A stretch of DNA of 64,000 bases from Vulcanimicrobiota bacterium (GCA_963695225.1 OY968762.1:512001-576000), one strand, 5' to 3'; positions 49,045 through 60,688 are shown, counted from the stretch's first letter. Program-made: numbers and translations. Notes: generated by a model not told the origin, from the sequence alone.

Positions 49045-49052
49045 GCCGATAA
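49045..49052 (+). promoter_or_regulatory. Sigma28 (FliA/SigD/WhiG)-type -10 box GCCGATAA upstream of crp-family gene
   Basis: Exact consensus octamer; no clear TAAA -35. Confidence 0.45.
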
Positions 49053-49061
49053 CTGTGACGT

Positions 49062-49778
49062 ATGGCAAGCGAAGCCGGACGCCGCGAGGGCGCAGTAATC
49101 GACACGGGGCTGCTTCGTCGAGTCCCGTTGTTCCAGAACTTTTCCGAGCAACAGCTCGGCGACGTCGCTCGATTGGTAAAGATTAGGCGATTCGGAAAGC
49201 ACGAGATGGTCGTGCGCGAGGGCGACCCCGGCGAGGCGTTCTACGTGATCCTCGGCGGCTCGGTCGCAGTCGTGCGTACATCCGCGGATGGGCGCGAAAC
49301 CATCCTCTCGATCCTCAAGGATCAGGATTTCTTCGGCGAGATGAGCGTCCTCGACACATCGACGCGCTCGGCGAGCGTCCGCGCGATGACGAACGTCGTC
49401 CTCGGCGTGATCGAACGGGAGCCGTTCCTCGACTTGATCGATCACACGCCGGGAATCGGCCGCCTCCTCGTGATCGCGCTCTCGGAGCGGCTGCGGGCCG
49501 CGAACAAACTGATCACCTCGACGGCCTCGCAGGACATCCGCTCGCGCCTGGCCTCGCTCTTGCTCGATCTCATGCAGAGCTTCGGAGAGCCCGCCGATAC
49601 GGGTACGCGCATCTCCCTCCGCCTGACGAACCAAGAGCTGGCGAACATGATCGGCACGACGCGCGAGACGGTCAACCGGACGCTGAATCGATTCTGGGAC
49701 GAGCACATGATCGACATGCGGACGACGCACATCGTCCTGACCGACCTCGAGAAGCTCCGCAGCTTGACGATGGTCTGA
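49062..49778 (+). CDS. Crp/Fnr family transcriptional regulator (cAMP-binding type)
   Basis: FFGEMS..RSA cNMP pocket; HTH LTNQELANMIGTTRETVNR. Confidence 0.93.
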   Translation: MASEAGRREGAVIDTGLLRRVPLFQNFSEQQLGDVARLVKIRRFGKHEMVVREGDPGEAFYVILGGSVAVVRTSADGRETILSILKDQDFFGEMSVLDTSTRSASVRAMTNVVLGVIEREPFLDLIDHTPGIGRLLVIALSERLRAANKLITSTASQDIRSRLASLLLDLMQSFGEPADTGTRISLRLTNQELANMIGTTRETVNRTLNRFWDEHMIDMRTTHIVLTDLEKLRSLTMV

Positions 49779-49857
49779 GTTCCCTCGGGCCCGGCAGGGC
49801 CTCCCCCGCCTCCGTCCGAAACTTCTAGGTTCGTTTCGTCAACGGGAGGCTCGTCTT

Positions 49858-50490
49858 CTGCGCGGCCCGGGTCTGCTCTTCGTCGTTTCGGGTCCGTCTG
49901 GAGCCGGAAAAGATACGGTGGTCGAGCGCTTGCTCGCTCGGCTGCCGCGCTTTCGCCTTTCGGTCTCCGCCACGACCCGCTCGCCGCGTCCGGGCGAGAT
50001 CGACGGCATTTCCTACCACTTCGTCGATCGTGCGACGTTCGAAGAACGGGCCAAGCGCGGTGGGTTCCTCGAAACCAAGGAGTACAACGGCAATCTCTAC
50101 GGTACGCCCCGCGCGGCGATTGAATCGCTGCTGGGCGCGGGCTTCGACGTCATCGCGAAGCCGGAAGTGAACGGGGCGCTCGCCGTCAAGGCAGCCTACC
50201 CGCAAGCCGTCCTGATCTTTCTGCTACCCGATAAGTTCTCGCATCTCGAAAGCCGGTTGGCGGCGCGCAGCACCGAAACGAGCGACGAAATCGCCGCGCG
50301 GATGGCCATCGCGCAAGACGAGCTCTCGCACATCCACGCCTTCGAATACGCCGTCATCAACCATCACGCGCCCGACGGGCCCGGAGAGAGGCTCCCGGCA
50401 GTCGACGACATCGAGGCGATCGTTCGCGCCGAACGCCTCCGCATCACCCACTACCGCGACTCCGACTTCAAGGATATCACCAACTCATGA
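49858..50490 (+). CDS. gmk: Guanylate kinase (probable CTG start)
   Basis: LFVVSGPSGAGKDT P-loop lies upstream of the first GTG; SVSATTRSPRPGE.DG..YHF and YGTP motifs; SD GGAGG 8 nt before CTG. Confidence 0.93.
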   Translation: MRGPGLLFVVSGPSGAGKDTVVERLLARLPRFRLSVSATTRSPRPGEIDGISYHFVDRATFEERAKRGGFLETKEYNGNLYGTPRAAIESLLGAGFDVIAKPEVNGALAVKAAYPQAVLIFLLPDKFSHLESRLAARSTETSDEIAARMAIAQDELSHIHAFEYAVINHHAPDGPGERLPAVDDIEAIVRAERLRITHYRDSDFKDITNS

Positions 50491-50705
50491 GCGACCCCGT
50501 TTTCGGAGACCTCGACGGTCTCTTGACCCATGTCGATTCCAAGTTCACGCTGGTCAACGTCGTGACGAAGCGCGCTAAACAATTGAACAACGGCGCGCCC
50601 GCGCTCACGCCGAATTCGAATCCGAACAAACCCGTCTCGACGGCGTTCGCCGAAGTCGCCGCCGGAAAAATTCCGTACAAGCGCGTTCGCGAAGGGATCA
50701 AGTAG
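50487..50705 (+). CDS. rpoZ: RNA polymerase omega subunit
   Basis: SKFTLV...KRAKQL and KPVSTA..E motifs; coupled to gmk. Confidence 0.92.
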   Translation: MSDPVFGDLDGLLTHVDSKFTLVNVVTKRAKQLNNGAPALTPNSNPNKPVSTAFAEVAAGKIPYKRVREGIK

Positions 50706-50744
50706 CCGGGCGGCGTCATTCTCCGATCAGGAGGGAAGTGAAAC

Positions 50745-52572
<1,828 letters not shown>

Positions 52573-52580
<8 letters not shown>

Positions 52581-53325
52581 CCCGCGCGCCGACGGACGAG
52601 CCATCGACGCGCTGCGCCCCGTCACGATCGAGACCGGCATCCTCGCGTTTGCCGAAGGGAGCGCGCTGATCTCCGTGGGGAACACGAAGGTGCTCTGCGC
52701 CGCGACGATCGAGTCGAAGGTGCCCCCGTGGATGCGCGGGCGCGGGACCGGCTGGGTCACCGCCGAGTACGCGATGTTGCCGCGCGCGACCCAAGAGCGC
52801 ACGCAGCGCGAAGCGACGCGCGGGAAGCTCGGCGGCCGCACGCACGAGATCCAGCGGCTCATCGGGCGCTCGCTGCGCGCCGTGACGGACCTCGCGATGC
52901 TGGGGGAGCGGAGCGTCGTAGTCGATTGCGACGTGCTGCAGGCGGACGGCGGGACGCGGACCGCTTCGATCACAGGGGCCTACGTCGCACTCCACCTGGC
53001 GCTCCGGCACGCGTTCGATTGCGGCGGGAGCCGCTGGCCGCTGCGCGGGCAGATCGCGGCGACGAGCGTCGGCTTCGTGGACGGCGTCGCACGACTCGAC
53101 CTCGCCTACGAGGAAGATAGCCGTGCGGAGGTCGATATGAACGTTGCCATGACCGATGCCGGAGCTTTCGTGGAAATCCAAGGCACCGCCGAAGCGAAGC
53201 CGTTCGACCGCGCCGCGCTCGATGCGATGCTGGCGCTCGCGCAGGGCGGAATCGAGCAACTGTTCGAGCATCAGCGGCGGGCGATCGCCCTCGCTACCCC
53301 GCTCGCCGGCGCGAATGCCCGCTGA
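52573..53325 (+). CDS. rph: Ribonuclease PH
   Basis: [40 protein letters not shown] and EIQGTAE motifs. Confidence 0.97.
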
Positions 53326-53656
53326 CGCCGCGCGCCTGAGGGCGCTCCACGCGACCGTCTCCGGCTTCTACGTGCGCGACCGGAGGCTGCTCCGCGCGCA
53401 ACGCGATCTCGGCAAACTGCTCGAGCGCGGCAAGCCGATCTCCGAACGCACGGCGCGGCGCTACCTCGCCGCGGTCGAGCGCTATTTCTCCGGCTTTTCG
53501 AGCGAGGCGCAGACGCAGCTCGCGAAGCTCGAGCGGCGTTTGGCCCAGGTCAGCCAGCTCCAATACAATCTCACGGCGGAGCGCGGCGTCGCCGTCAAGC
53601 GCGTCGCCGCGACGCAAGGCGTCCTCTCGACGATCGCTGAACTTCGCGGCGGATGA
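53315..53656 (+). CDS. Hypothetical helical/coiled-coil protein
   Basis: Overlaps the rph stop and mlaE start; amphipathic helical sequence. Confidence 0.7.
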   Translation: MPADAARLRALHATVSGFYVRDRRLLRAQRDLGKLLERGKPISERTARRYLAAVERYFSGFSSEAQTQLAKLERRLAQVSQLQYNLTAERGVAVKRVAATQGVLSTIAELRGG

Positions 53657-54429
53657 ACGTCCTCGAGAGCATCGGGCGACGCACGCTCGTTCTGCTCGAA
53701 TACGCAGGTGGAATCGCCAATCTGTCGGCCGAAGCCGGCGCCTACATCGCCCGGCTCCGAGTCCGCGTCGCCGAAACGCTCTCGCAAGCGTACTTGCTCG
53801 GCGTTCAATCGACGCCGATCGTCTTGATGACGTCCTTGTTCACCGGAATGGTGTTCTCGCTGGAATCGGCGCTCCAGGCCGTGCAGTTCGGGGTCCCGAC
53901 ACTCGTCGGGGTCGCCGTCGCCTACACGGCCGCTCGCGAGCTCGGTCCCATGCTCACGGCGGTCGTCGTGGCCGGACGCTGCGGGGCCGCCATCGCTGCG
54001 GAACTCGGCTCGATGGTCGTCACGGAGCAAGTCGAGGCGCTCGAAGCGCTCGGCCTGGCCCCGACGCGCATGCTCGTCGTCCCGCGCCTGTTGGCGCTGT
54101 TGATCACGCTGCCCATTCTGACCGTGTTCGCCGAGATCGTCTTCGTGGCCGGCGGCATGGCGCTCGCCTACTCCGTCGCGCACATTCCCTACGCGACGTT
54201 CATGGACGGCGTGCACCAAGGCATCGACATGTCCGACGTGCTCAAGGGATTGCTCAAGACGTTCGTGTTCGCCGCGATCGTCGTCCTGGTCGGGGCCTAC
54301 CAGGGCTTCCGCACGCGCGGCGGCGCGGCGGGCGTCGGCAAGGCGACGACGGGCGCCGTCGTCATCTCGATCATCCTGATCTTCGTGACGAACTTCGTGA
54401 TGTCGTTCTTCCTGTTCGAGCCCCAGTAG
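53653..54429 (+). CDS. mlaE: MlaE family ABC permease
   Basis: RELGPMLTA, AELGSM.VTEQVEAL, VVPR and GVGKATT.AVV motifs. Confidence 0.93.
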   Translation: MNVLESIGRRTLVLLEYAGGIANLSAEAGAYIARLRVRVAETLSQAYLLGVQSTPIVLMTSLFTGMVFSLESALQAVQFGVPTLVGVAVAYTAARELGPMLTAVVVAGRCGAAIAAELGSMVVTEQVEALEALGLAPTRMLVVPRLLALLITLPILTVFAEIVFVAGGMALAYSVAHIPYATFMDGVHQGIDMSDVLKGLLKTFVFAAIVVLVGAYQGFRTRGGAAGVGKATTGAVVISIILIFVTNFVMSFFLFEPQ

Positions 54430-55178
54430 TGAAGATCGCGCGGCTCGAAAACGTCTCGGTCCGGTTCGGCACGAAGGTCGTCCTGGAGAACCTGTCGTTG
54501 GAGATCGAGCAAGGCGCGATCACCTGCTTGATCGGCCTCTCCGGGTCGGGGAAGTCCACGATCCTGCGGCTGCTGAACGGGCTGCGCCGCCCGGATAGCG
54601 GGCACGCCTACGTCAAGGGCGTGGACGTCTGCCACATTCGGCAGCGCGACCTCATCGACTTGCGCCAGACGATCGGCTTCGCGTTCCAGTTCGCGGCGCT
54701 CTTCGACAGCCTGACGGTCGCCGAGAACGTCGCGCTCCCGCTGATCGAGCATACGAAGATGCCCCGGCGCGAGATCGACCGGGTCGTCATGCAAACGCTC
54801 GATACCGTGGGGCTGGAGCAGGTGGCGGACCGGATGCCGGCCGAGCTGTCCGGCGGAATGCTGAAACGGGCCGGCTTCGCGCGTGCGATCGTGACGAACC
54901 CGGATCTCGTCCTGTACGACGAGCCGACGACGGGCCTCGACCCGATCATCACGCACCTGCTGACGGATACGATCAAGCGACTGCGTAAGAAGCTCAACGG
55001 CACCGCCGTCGTGGTCTCGCACGATCTCGACAGCATCTACGCAATGGCGGATTACATCGCGATGCTCTTCGAGGGAGCGATCATCGAGTACGGAACCGTC
55101 GAACAAGTGCGGTACTCGGAGAACCCGATCGTGCAACAGTTCTTGCAAGGGAGCGAAGTTGGGCCCATACCCATCTAG
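54429..55178 (+). CDS. mlaF: MlaF family ABC ATPase
   Basis: GLSGSGKST, ALFDSLTV.ENV, ELSGGM.KR and YDEPTTGLDP motifs. Confidence 0.93.
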   Translation: MKIARLENVSVRFGTKVVLENLSLEIEQGAITCLIGLSGSGKSTILRLLNGLRRPDSGHAYVKGVDVCHIRQRDLIDLRQTIGFAFQFAALFDSLTVAENVALPLIEHTKMPRREIDRVVMQTLDTVGLEQVADRMPAELSGGMLKRAGFARAIVTNPDLVLYDEPTTGLDPIITHLLTDTIKRLRKKLNGTAVVVSHDLDSIYAMADYIAMLFEGAIIEYGTVEQVRYSENPIVQQFLQGSEVGPIPI

Positions 55179-55217
55179 GGCGCGCCGCGCACGCCGGCCG
55201 GCGGGGGCAGCCTTGCG

Positions 55218-56837
55218 ATGAACCGCCAAGCGTGGGTCGGCTTGTTCACCGTACTGGGGACGGTCGCGCTCCTCGGGATCTACTGGATTCTCGCGGGCCT
55301 CGGAACTCGTTCGTCCGGCTACAATACGGGGATCCGCTTCGACTCGGCGGCCGGGCTGCGCCCCGGCTCCCGCGTCTTCATGAGCGGCGTCCCGATCGGC
55401 ATCATCGACAAGATCGTGCTGGAGTCGGATTATAGCGCCGACGTGATCCTCGCCGTGAACGCGCACGACGAGATCCCGCGCGATTCCAAATTCGTGATCC
55501 AGGCACCGCTCACCGGGGACCCGACCCTCGTCATCGTTCCGCCGCGCCTCAAGGGGGCGACGCCGGAACAGCTCGCGGCGCTCCCCGTTCTTCCGCACGA
55601 GGTCCGTCCCTACGCGGAACAGCCGAAGGGCACGAACCCGGTGACGGTCGGCGAGTTGCTGGAGGCGGGGCAGGGCGAGATCCGGCGGCTCGACACCGTG
55701 CTCGCCCAGCTCGAAGCGTCCACTCCCGAATTGCTGCGCTCTCTGCAATCGACGCTCGACAACTCGAACGCGGCGAGCCGCACGGCGAATGCGGCGATGG
55801 CTCGCCTTTCGACTCAGCTGGGGACGCTCGCCGACCGCGCGGGGAACAACGTCATCCAGCTGACCGATACGCTCAACGCGACGGCAAGCCGGGATTCCGG
55901 ACGGATCGATTCGCTGTTGGTCTCGCTCAACAAGACCGCGGTCGCACTCAACGATACGGTCGAGTCGTTCAAGAGCGTCGCCGGCGACAAGCGGGTCCAC
56001 CAGAACATCGTCGAGACGACCAACTCGATCGCTGCGACGACGAAGACGATCGCCGAGATCACGACCGACCTGCGGCAGATAACGGGCAATCCGCAGACGC
56101 AGGCGCAATTGCGCGACACCGTCGCGCGGCTCGACGCGACGGCTCAAAAACTCGATTCGCTGATCGGTGTCTTGGGGGGAAGGAGCAGCGTCTACGGCGT
56201 CGATGCGAATGCCACGCCGGCCCCGTACGACCCGAACGCGCGCACGTATCCGCAGCCCGGGCCGGCCGTCACACCGGGCCGCTGGAGCGTGCCGCCGCAA
56301 TCCGGAGTGTACCAGACGCCGCAACCCATCGCCTTCGGGACGCCGGTCCCCGCGCAACCGCCGCTCGACAAGCTCGGCGATCTGGCGAAGAGCCTCGCGC
56401 AATTGCAGATTCGCATCAGCTTGCTCGCGCCGGAGCGTGCGGGTTCCGCGAACACCGGCTCCGGTTCGCCGTTGCTGACCTCCGACCGGGGGCCGCAGAG
56501 CGACGTGAACGTCATGTTCCTGCCGCGCGGCAGGACGAGCGTCCTCGCCGGCGTCAACGATCTCGGCGCGCAGACGACCTACAATTTCTCGGCGCTCACG
56601 ACGGCGGGGAAGTTCAGGTACGGCGGCGGCGTGTTGTACTCGCAACTCGGCGTGCTCGGGAAGGTGCAAGGGGATCGATTCGGCTTCGAAGGCCGTCTCT
56701 ACGATTTGCGGCGCACGACGCTCGACGCGTACGGGAGGTTCATCGTCTCGCCGCAGGCGGAGTTCTTCGCGGGCGAGCGGGATCTGTTCCGCATCGACCG
56801 GCGGACCGTTTTCGGGATCCAGTTCCAGCTACCGTGA
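55218..56837 (+). CDS. mlaD: Long MCE/MlaD family protein
   Basis: N-terminal TM, MCE motif GLRPGS.V..SGV.IG, long helical region, beta-rich C-terminus. Confidence 0.88.
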   Translation: MNRQAWVGLFTVLGTVALLGIYWILAGLGTRSSGYNTGIRFDSAAGLRPGSRVFMSGVPIGIIDKIVLESDYSADVILAVNAHDEIPRDSKFVIQAPLTGDPTLVIVPPRLKGATPEQLAALPVLPHEVRPYAEQPKGTNPVTVGELLEAGQGEIRRLDTVLAQLEASTPELLRSLQSTLDNSNAASRTANAAMARLSTQLGTLADRAGNNVIQLTDTLNATASRDSGRIDSLLVSLNKTAVALNDTVESFKSVAGDKRVHQNIVETTNSIAATTKTIAEITTDLRQITGNPQTQAQLRDTVARLDATAQKLDSLIGVLGGRSSVYGVDANATPAPYDPNARTYPQPGPAVTPGRWSVPPQSGVYQTPQPIAFGTPVPAQPPLDKLGDLAKSLAQLQIRISLLAPERAGSANTGSGSPLLTSDRGPQSDVNVMFLPRGRTSVLAGVNDLGAQTTYNFSALTTAGKFRYGGGVLYSQLGVLGKVQGDRFGFEGRLYDLRRTTLDAYGRFIVSPQAEFFAGERDLFRIDRRTVFGIQFQLP

Positions 56838-57541
56838 TCCCTCTCGGGCAGGAAGCGCCCACTCGAACGTTCCCGTACGTCACCTACGCGCTGATCGTTG
56901 CAAACCTAGTTGCGTTCGCCTTCGAGTTCTCCGCGCCGAACCTCGAGGCGCTCGTCAACGATTACGCCGCGATTCCGTTCGACCTCACGCACGGAGTCCA
57001 GCTGCCGTATCCGAGCCCGCATCCCACGGCGTTGACGCTGCTTACGTCGCAGTTCTTGCACGGCGGCGTCCTGCATCTCGGCTTCAACATGCTCTTCTTG
57101 TACATCTTCGGCCCCGAGATCGAGGATGCGTGCGGGCACTTCGGCTACTTTGCGTTCTACCTCATTTGCGGTGCGCTCGCCGGCGTCGCGCAGACGCTCG
57201 TCGATCCGGGTAGCCATGTTCCGCAGATCGGCGCATCCGGCGCAATCGCGGGCGTGCTCGGTGCGTACGTCGTGACGTATCCGACGAACTCGATCGCTAC
57301 GCTCGTGCCGCTCGGCTTCATTCCGCTGTTCCTGCGCCTCCCGGCCGTCGTCGTGATCGGCGTCTGGGCCGCGGCGCAGTTCGTGCACGGCTTCGGCGCG
57401 CTTGCGCCGCACGTCCTGAGCGAGCAGGGCGGCGGGACGGCGTACTTCGCGCACATCGGGGGCTTCGTCGCCGGCGCGCTCGGAATCGAGCTCTTTCGGG
57501 CTCGCAGGGTTCCGCCCCGTCGTTATCGCTATTACAACTAG
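56834..57541 (+). CDS. Rhomboid family intramembrane serine protease
   Basis: FLHGG..HLGFNML, GASGAIAGV and AHIGGF motifs. Confidence 0.93.
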   Translation: MIPLGQEAPTRTFPYVTYALIVANLVAFAFEFSAPNLEALVNDYAAIPFDLTHGVQLPYPSPHPTALTLLTSQFLHGGVLHLGFNMLFLYIFGPEIEDACGHFGYFAFYLICGALAGVAQTLVDPGSHVPQIGASGAIAGVLGAYVVTYPTNSIATLVPLGFIPLFLRLPAVVVIGVWAAAQFVHGFGALAPHVLSEQGGGTAYFAHIGGFVAGALGIELFRARRVPPRRYRYYN

Positions 57542-58465
57542 ATGACACAAGCTAAGGCACGCGTCGGAATCCTCGGAGCGGGAGCGATGGGCACGCTTTT
57601 CGCCTACTTGCTAGCGGACACGCACGATGTGACGCTCGTCGATATCCGCGGCGATCTCGCGGAGACGATTTCGGCGCAGGGCGTCATCGTCGACGATCTG
57701 CCCCCGCGCGCCGTGCGCGCGACGTGCGATTCCGGGAAGGCCGTCGCCTCGCAGTTCCTGTTCGTGTTCGTGAAGGCGACCGATACGCTGCGCGCCGTGC
57801 GTCCATTCGCCGGCCAACTGAATCCCTCGACGCCGATCATCTCGCTGCAGAACGGCCTGGGGAACGAGGAAGCGATCAAGACCGCGCTCGGCGGGAGCGT
57901 CCCGCTCGTCCTCGGCGTGACGACCGAGGCGTGCGTCTCGACCGGGCACGGACGTTCGCATCGCCTCGGGATCGGAACGACGGTCCTCGGTTCGGCTGGG
58001 GCGTCCCCGGCGACGCTCCAAGCCGTCAGCGCGCTCCTCGGGAGCGTGGGGTTGGCGGCCCGGACGGTCTACGACATCCGCCCGCATCTCTGGGGAAAGT
58101 TGCTCGCGAACGCGGCGATCAATCCGATCGCGGCCTTGCTCGACAGCAAGAACGCCGTGATCCCCGCAACGCCGGACGCCGCGGAACTCGCCCGCGCGAT
58201 CGCGTACGAAGGCGCGGCGGTCGCGAAGGCCCTGAAGATCAGCCTTCCGTTCACCGATGCGTGGGAGTACGTCAAGGGCGTGATCGCCTCGAGCGCCGAC
58301 GGCCGCAACTCGATGACGATCGATCTCGCCTCCCGGCGCCGGACGGAGATCGATTACATCAACGGCGCGATCGTCGCGGCCGGCCGCCGGATGGGCGTGG
58401 CGACGCCGTACAACGAGTCGCTTTGGCGCATCGTGAAGGCGCGCGAAGAAGTCACGGGGGACTAG
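57542..58465 (+). CDS. panE: Ketopantoate reductase family
   Basis: GAGAMG, VKA, LQNGLG, WGKL..N..IN, SM..D and TEIDYING motifs. Confidence 0.9.
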   Translation: MTQAKARVGILGAGAMGTLFAYLLADTHDVTLVDIRGDLAETISAQGVIVDDLPPRAVRATCDSGKAVASQFLFVFVKATDTLRAVRPFAGQLNPSTPIISLQNGLGNEEAIKTALGGSVPLVLGVTTEACVSTGHGRSHRLGIGTTVLGSAGASPATLQAVSALLGSVGLAARTVYDIRPHLWGKLLANAAINPIAALLDSKNAVIPATPDAAELARAIAYEGAAVAKALKISLPFTDAWEYVKGVIASSADGRNSMTIDLASRRRTEIDYINGAIVAAGRRMGVATPYNESLWRIVKAREEVTGD

Positions 58466-58550
58466 CACCCCGGCGCGAACAATAGGCGTCGCGAGGCCCG
58501 TCAAACGTTCGAGAAGTGGAAGCGGCGCGTCGCGCGCGCCGGAGGTGACC

Positions 58551-59501
58551 ATGGCGAGCGTCTTCCTGACCGGCGGCAGCGGGTTCATCGGCTCGGCGTT
58601 TCTCTCGGCAGCGGTCGCGGCTGGCCACGAGGTCCGCGCGCTCGCGCGTTCGGCCGGCTCCGAAGCGCGCGTGCGCCGGCTTGGGGGCACTCCGGTGGCG
58701 GGCGACCTCGAAGATGCGGATGGTTCGTGGCGCGCCGTCGTTCACGACGCCGAGGCCGTCGTGCACCTCGCGCAGCCCCAGGCATTCGGGGGGCGCGTCA
58801 CGACCGGGCGGGCGGAGCGCTACCGCGACCTCCGGCTACGCATGGATCGGAACCTGTTCGACGCCGTCGACCCCGCCCGCATCGGGCGCATCCTTTACGT
58901 CGGCGGCACGTCGTATTACGGGGATTGCGGCCGCGCCCTCGTCGATGAAGACGCGACGCCGCACCCGCAAGGTTGGGGGCCGTACGTCGCGCCGGCGATC
59001 GAAGCGCTACCCGGCTACCGCACGCGCGGACTTCCGATCGTCGAAGCGTTTCCCGGCTGGGTGTACGGGCCGTCGTCCTGGTTCGCGGAGTACTTCCTGA
59101 CGCCGCTCGCAAGCGGTCGTCCCGTGACGGCGATTGCCGGCTCGAATCGGTACGTATCGCCGGTGCACGTCGACGACTGCGCGGCGGCGCTCGTCCACCT
59201 GATGGCGCGCGGAGTGGCGGGCCTGCGCTATTTCGTCGTCGATGACAAACCCGTGCCGAATTCGAAGCTCGCCGAAACGGCGGCTGCCGCGCTCGGCGTT
59301 CCGCTGAAATGGCGCCACGTCCCGAAGGCCGTCTTCCGGCTCCTGCTCGGCGCGGTGATCGCCGAGAGCGCGACGTACGAGAACCGGCTCTCGAACGCCC
59401 GCCTGCGCGCGACCGGGTTCGCGCCGCGTTATCGCAGCTGCGAAATCGGCGTCCCGGCGGCGGTCGCCGCCTTCAGAGCAGGTTTTGAGCCGATCCTCTG
59501 A
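58551..59501 (+). CDS. NAD-dependent epimerase/dehydratase family
   Basis: TGGSGFIG, VVHLA, VYGP, VHVDD and SNARL motifs. Confidence 0.88.
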   Translation: MASVFLTGGSGFIGSAFLSAAVAAGHEVRALARSAGSEARVRRLGGTPVAGDLEDADGSWRAVVHDAEAVVHLAQPQAFGGRVTTGRAERYRDLRLRMDRNLFDAVDPARIGRILYVGGTSYYGDCGRALVDEDATPHPQGWGPYVAPAIEALPGYRTRGLPIVEAFPGWVYGPSSWFAEYFLTPLASGRPVTAIAGSNRYVSPVHVDDCAAALVHLMARGVAGLRYFVVDDKPVPNSKLAETAAAALGVPLKWRHVPKAVFRLLLGAVIAESATYENRLSNARLRATGFAPRYRSCEIGVPAAVAAFRAGFEPIL

Positions 59502-59521
59502 GGAGCCGGCGCGCGGCGCGG

Positions 59522-59629
59522 CTAGCGCAGGCGCACGACGCCGGTCAACACGAGCAGCACGAACGAAATCGCGACCGAGATCGCGAGGGACGTCAGGCAG
59601 CCGGCCCGGCTGCTGAAGAAGAGGAACAC
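59522..59629 (-). CDS. 35-aa small membrane protein (below ORF-track cutoff)
   Basis: GTG start 3 nt after the synthase stop: MFLFFSSRAGCLTSLAISVAISFVLLVLTGVVRLR. Confidence 0.6.
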   Translation of the reverse strand: MFLFFSSRAGCLTSLAISVAISFVLLVLTGVVRLR

Positions 59630-59632
59630 GCC

Positions 59633-60688
59633 TCAGGCCAGGTTTGGTGCGAATCCGAGGTTGAACGGCGAACGGCCGACCGCGGCGACGAGCCGGCGCA
59701 CGGCGCGATTGCTCAGCGTCGTGAGCGAACCGGCGAGCAACAGGGAACGGACTTCTTGGCGCGAGATCTTGATGCCGCCGCCCGGGACGAGCATCGCCGT
59801 CGAGCGTTCGATTTCCCGGAGCGTCGCGACCGCTAGCAGGATCGGCAAGATGCAGAAGAGCCGGATGAAGAACGCGCCGCGCGGGATCGTCGTGATGTAA
59901 TCGAGCGAAAGGCGCAGATCTTCTTTCGCGACTGCGACGAGATCCATGAGCGCGAGGTGATTCTGGGCGAGGCGGTCGCCGCGCAAGATCGTTTCCTGGC
60001 TGCTCCCGCGGTCGCGCAGCAGCTCCTCCGGGACGAACGCCGCGTTCTCGTGCTCGATGTCCCAGGCGACGTCCTTGAGGATGTTGACGGTCTGCAACGC
60101 TTCGCCGAACGCCTCGCAATGCACGAGCAGGCGGCGGTACGTCGGCGAATTCACGAGCGGCGAGTGCGCGTGCCAGAGGTCGGTCAAGAGATGCCCGACC
60201 GTCCCCGCCACGAAATAGCAGTACCGCCGGTACTGCTCCATCGTTTGGATGCGGATCCCCGCCGGAAACCGGCCGACGAATTCGGCCATCCCGCCGGCGA
60301 GTTCGCGCGTCCAACGCGCCACGATCTTCGCGCTCGGCGCCGGGAGGCTTCGCCACAGGCGAAAGACCCGGTCCGTTCCCGCGAGCAGCGCGAGATACGC
60401 GTCGTCGGCACGGACGTCTCGCGCTTCGGCGGCGAACGTAGCGGCGAGCGCCGGATCGTCGAAACAGGCGCAGAACCGGTGCAGCAATGCTTGCCGCCGG
60501 GCGGCTGGGAGCGAGCCGTCGTCTTCGACGGTGTCGGCGATCCGGCAGAGCAGATAGCCCGTCAGGACGGCTTGGCCCAAGGCGCCGGGCAGCAGCCTGA
60601 TGCCGATCGCGAACGTGCGCGAGACCTGCCCGATGATCCCCGTGGCGAAAGCCAGGTCGCCCGCCGCGCCGTCGACGTTCATCTGCAC
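59633..60688 (-). CDS. Squalene/phytoene synthase family (squalene-synthase-like)
   Basis: VSRTFA, CRIADTVED, YCYFVAGTVG, LQTVNILKD...D and RLFCILP motifs. Confidence 0.9.
   Translation of the reverse strand: MQMNVDGAAGDLAFATGIIGQVSRTFAIGIRLLPGALGQAVLTGYLLCRIADTVEDDGSLPAARRQALLHRFCACFDDPALAATFAAEARDVRADDAYLALLAGTDRVFRLWRSLPAPSAKIVARWTRELAGGMAEFVGRFPAGIRIQTMEQYRRYCYFVAGTVGHLLTDLWHAHSPLVNSPTYRRLLVHCEAFGEALQTVNILKDVAWDIEHENAAFVPEELLRDRGSSQETILRGDRLAQNHLALMDLVAVAKEDLRLSLDYITTIPRGAFFIRLFCILPILLAVATLREIERSTAMLVPGGGIKISRQEVRSLLLAGSLTTLSNRAVRRLVAAVGRSPFNLGFAPNLA

Noticed and set aside
49086..49100. ATC start for crp after GAGGG
   Set aside because: A canonical ATG is available at 49062, so a non-canonical start is not required
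50706..50744. glmS ribozyme
   Set aside because: Only 39 nt lie between rpoZ and glmS
58551..60688. Epimerase plus squalene synthase as a hopanoid (hpn) cluster
   Set aside because: The genes are convergent and no shc/hpnE or other hpn genes are present
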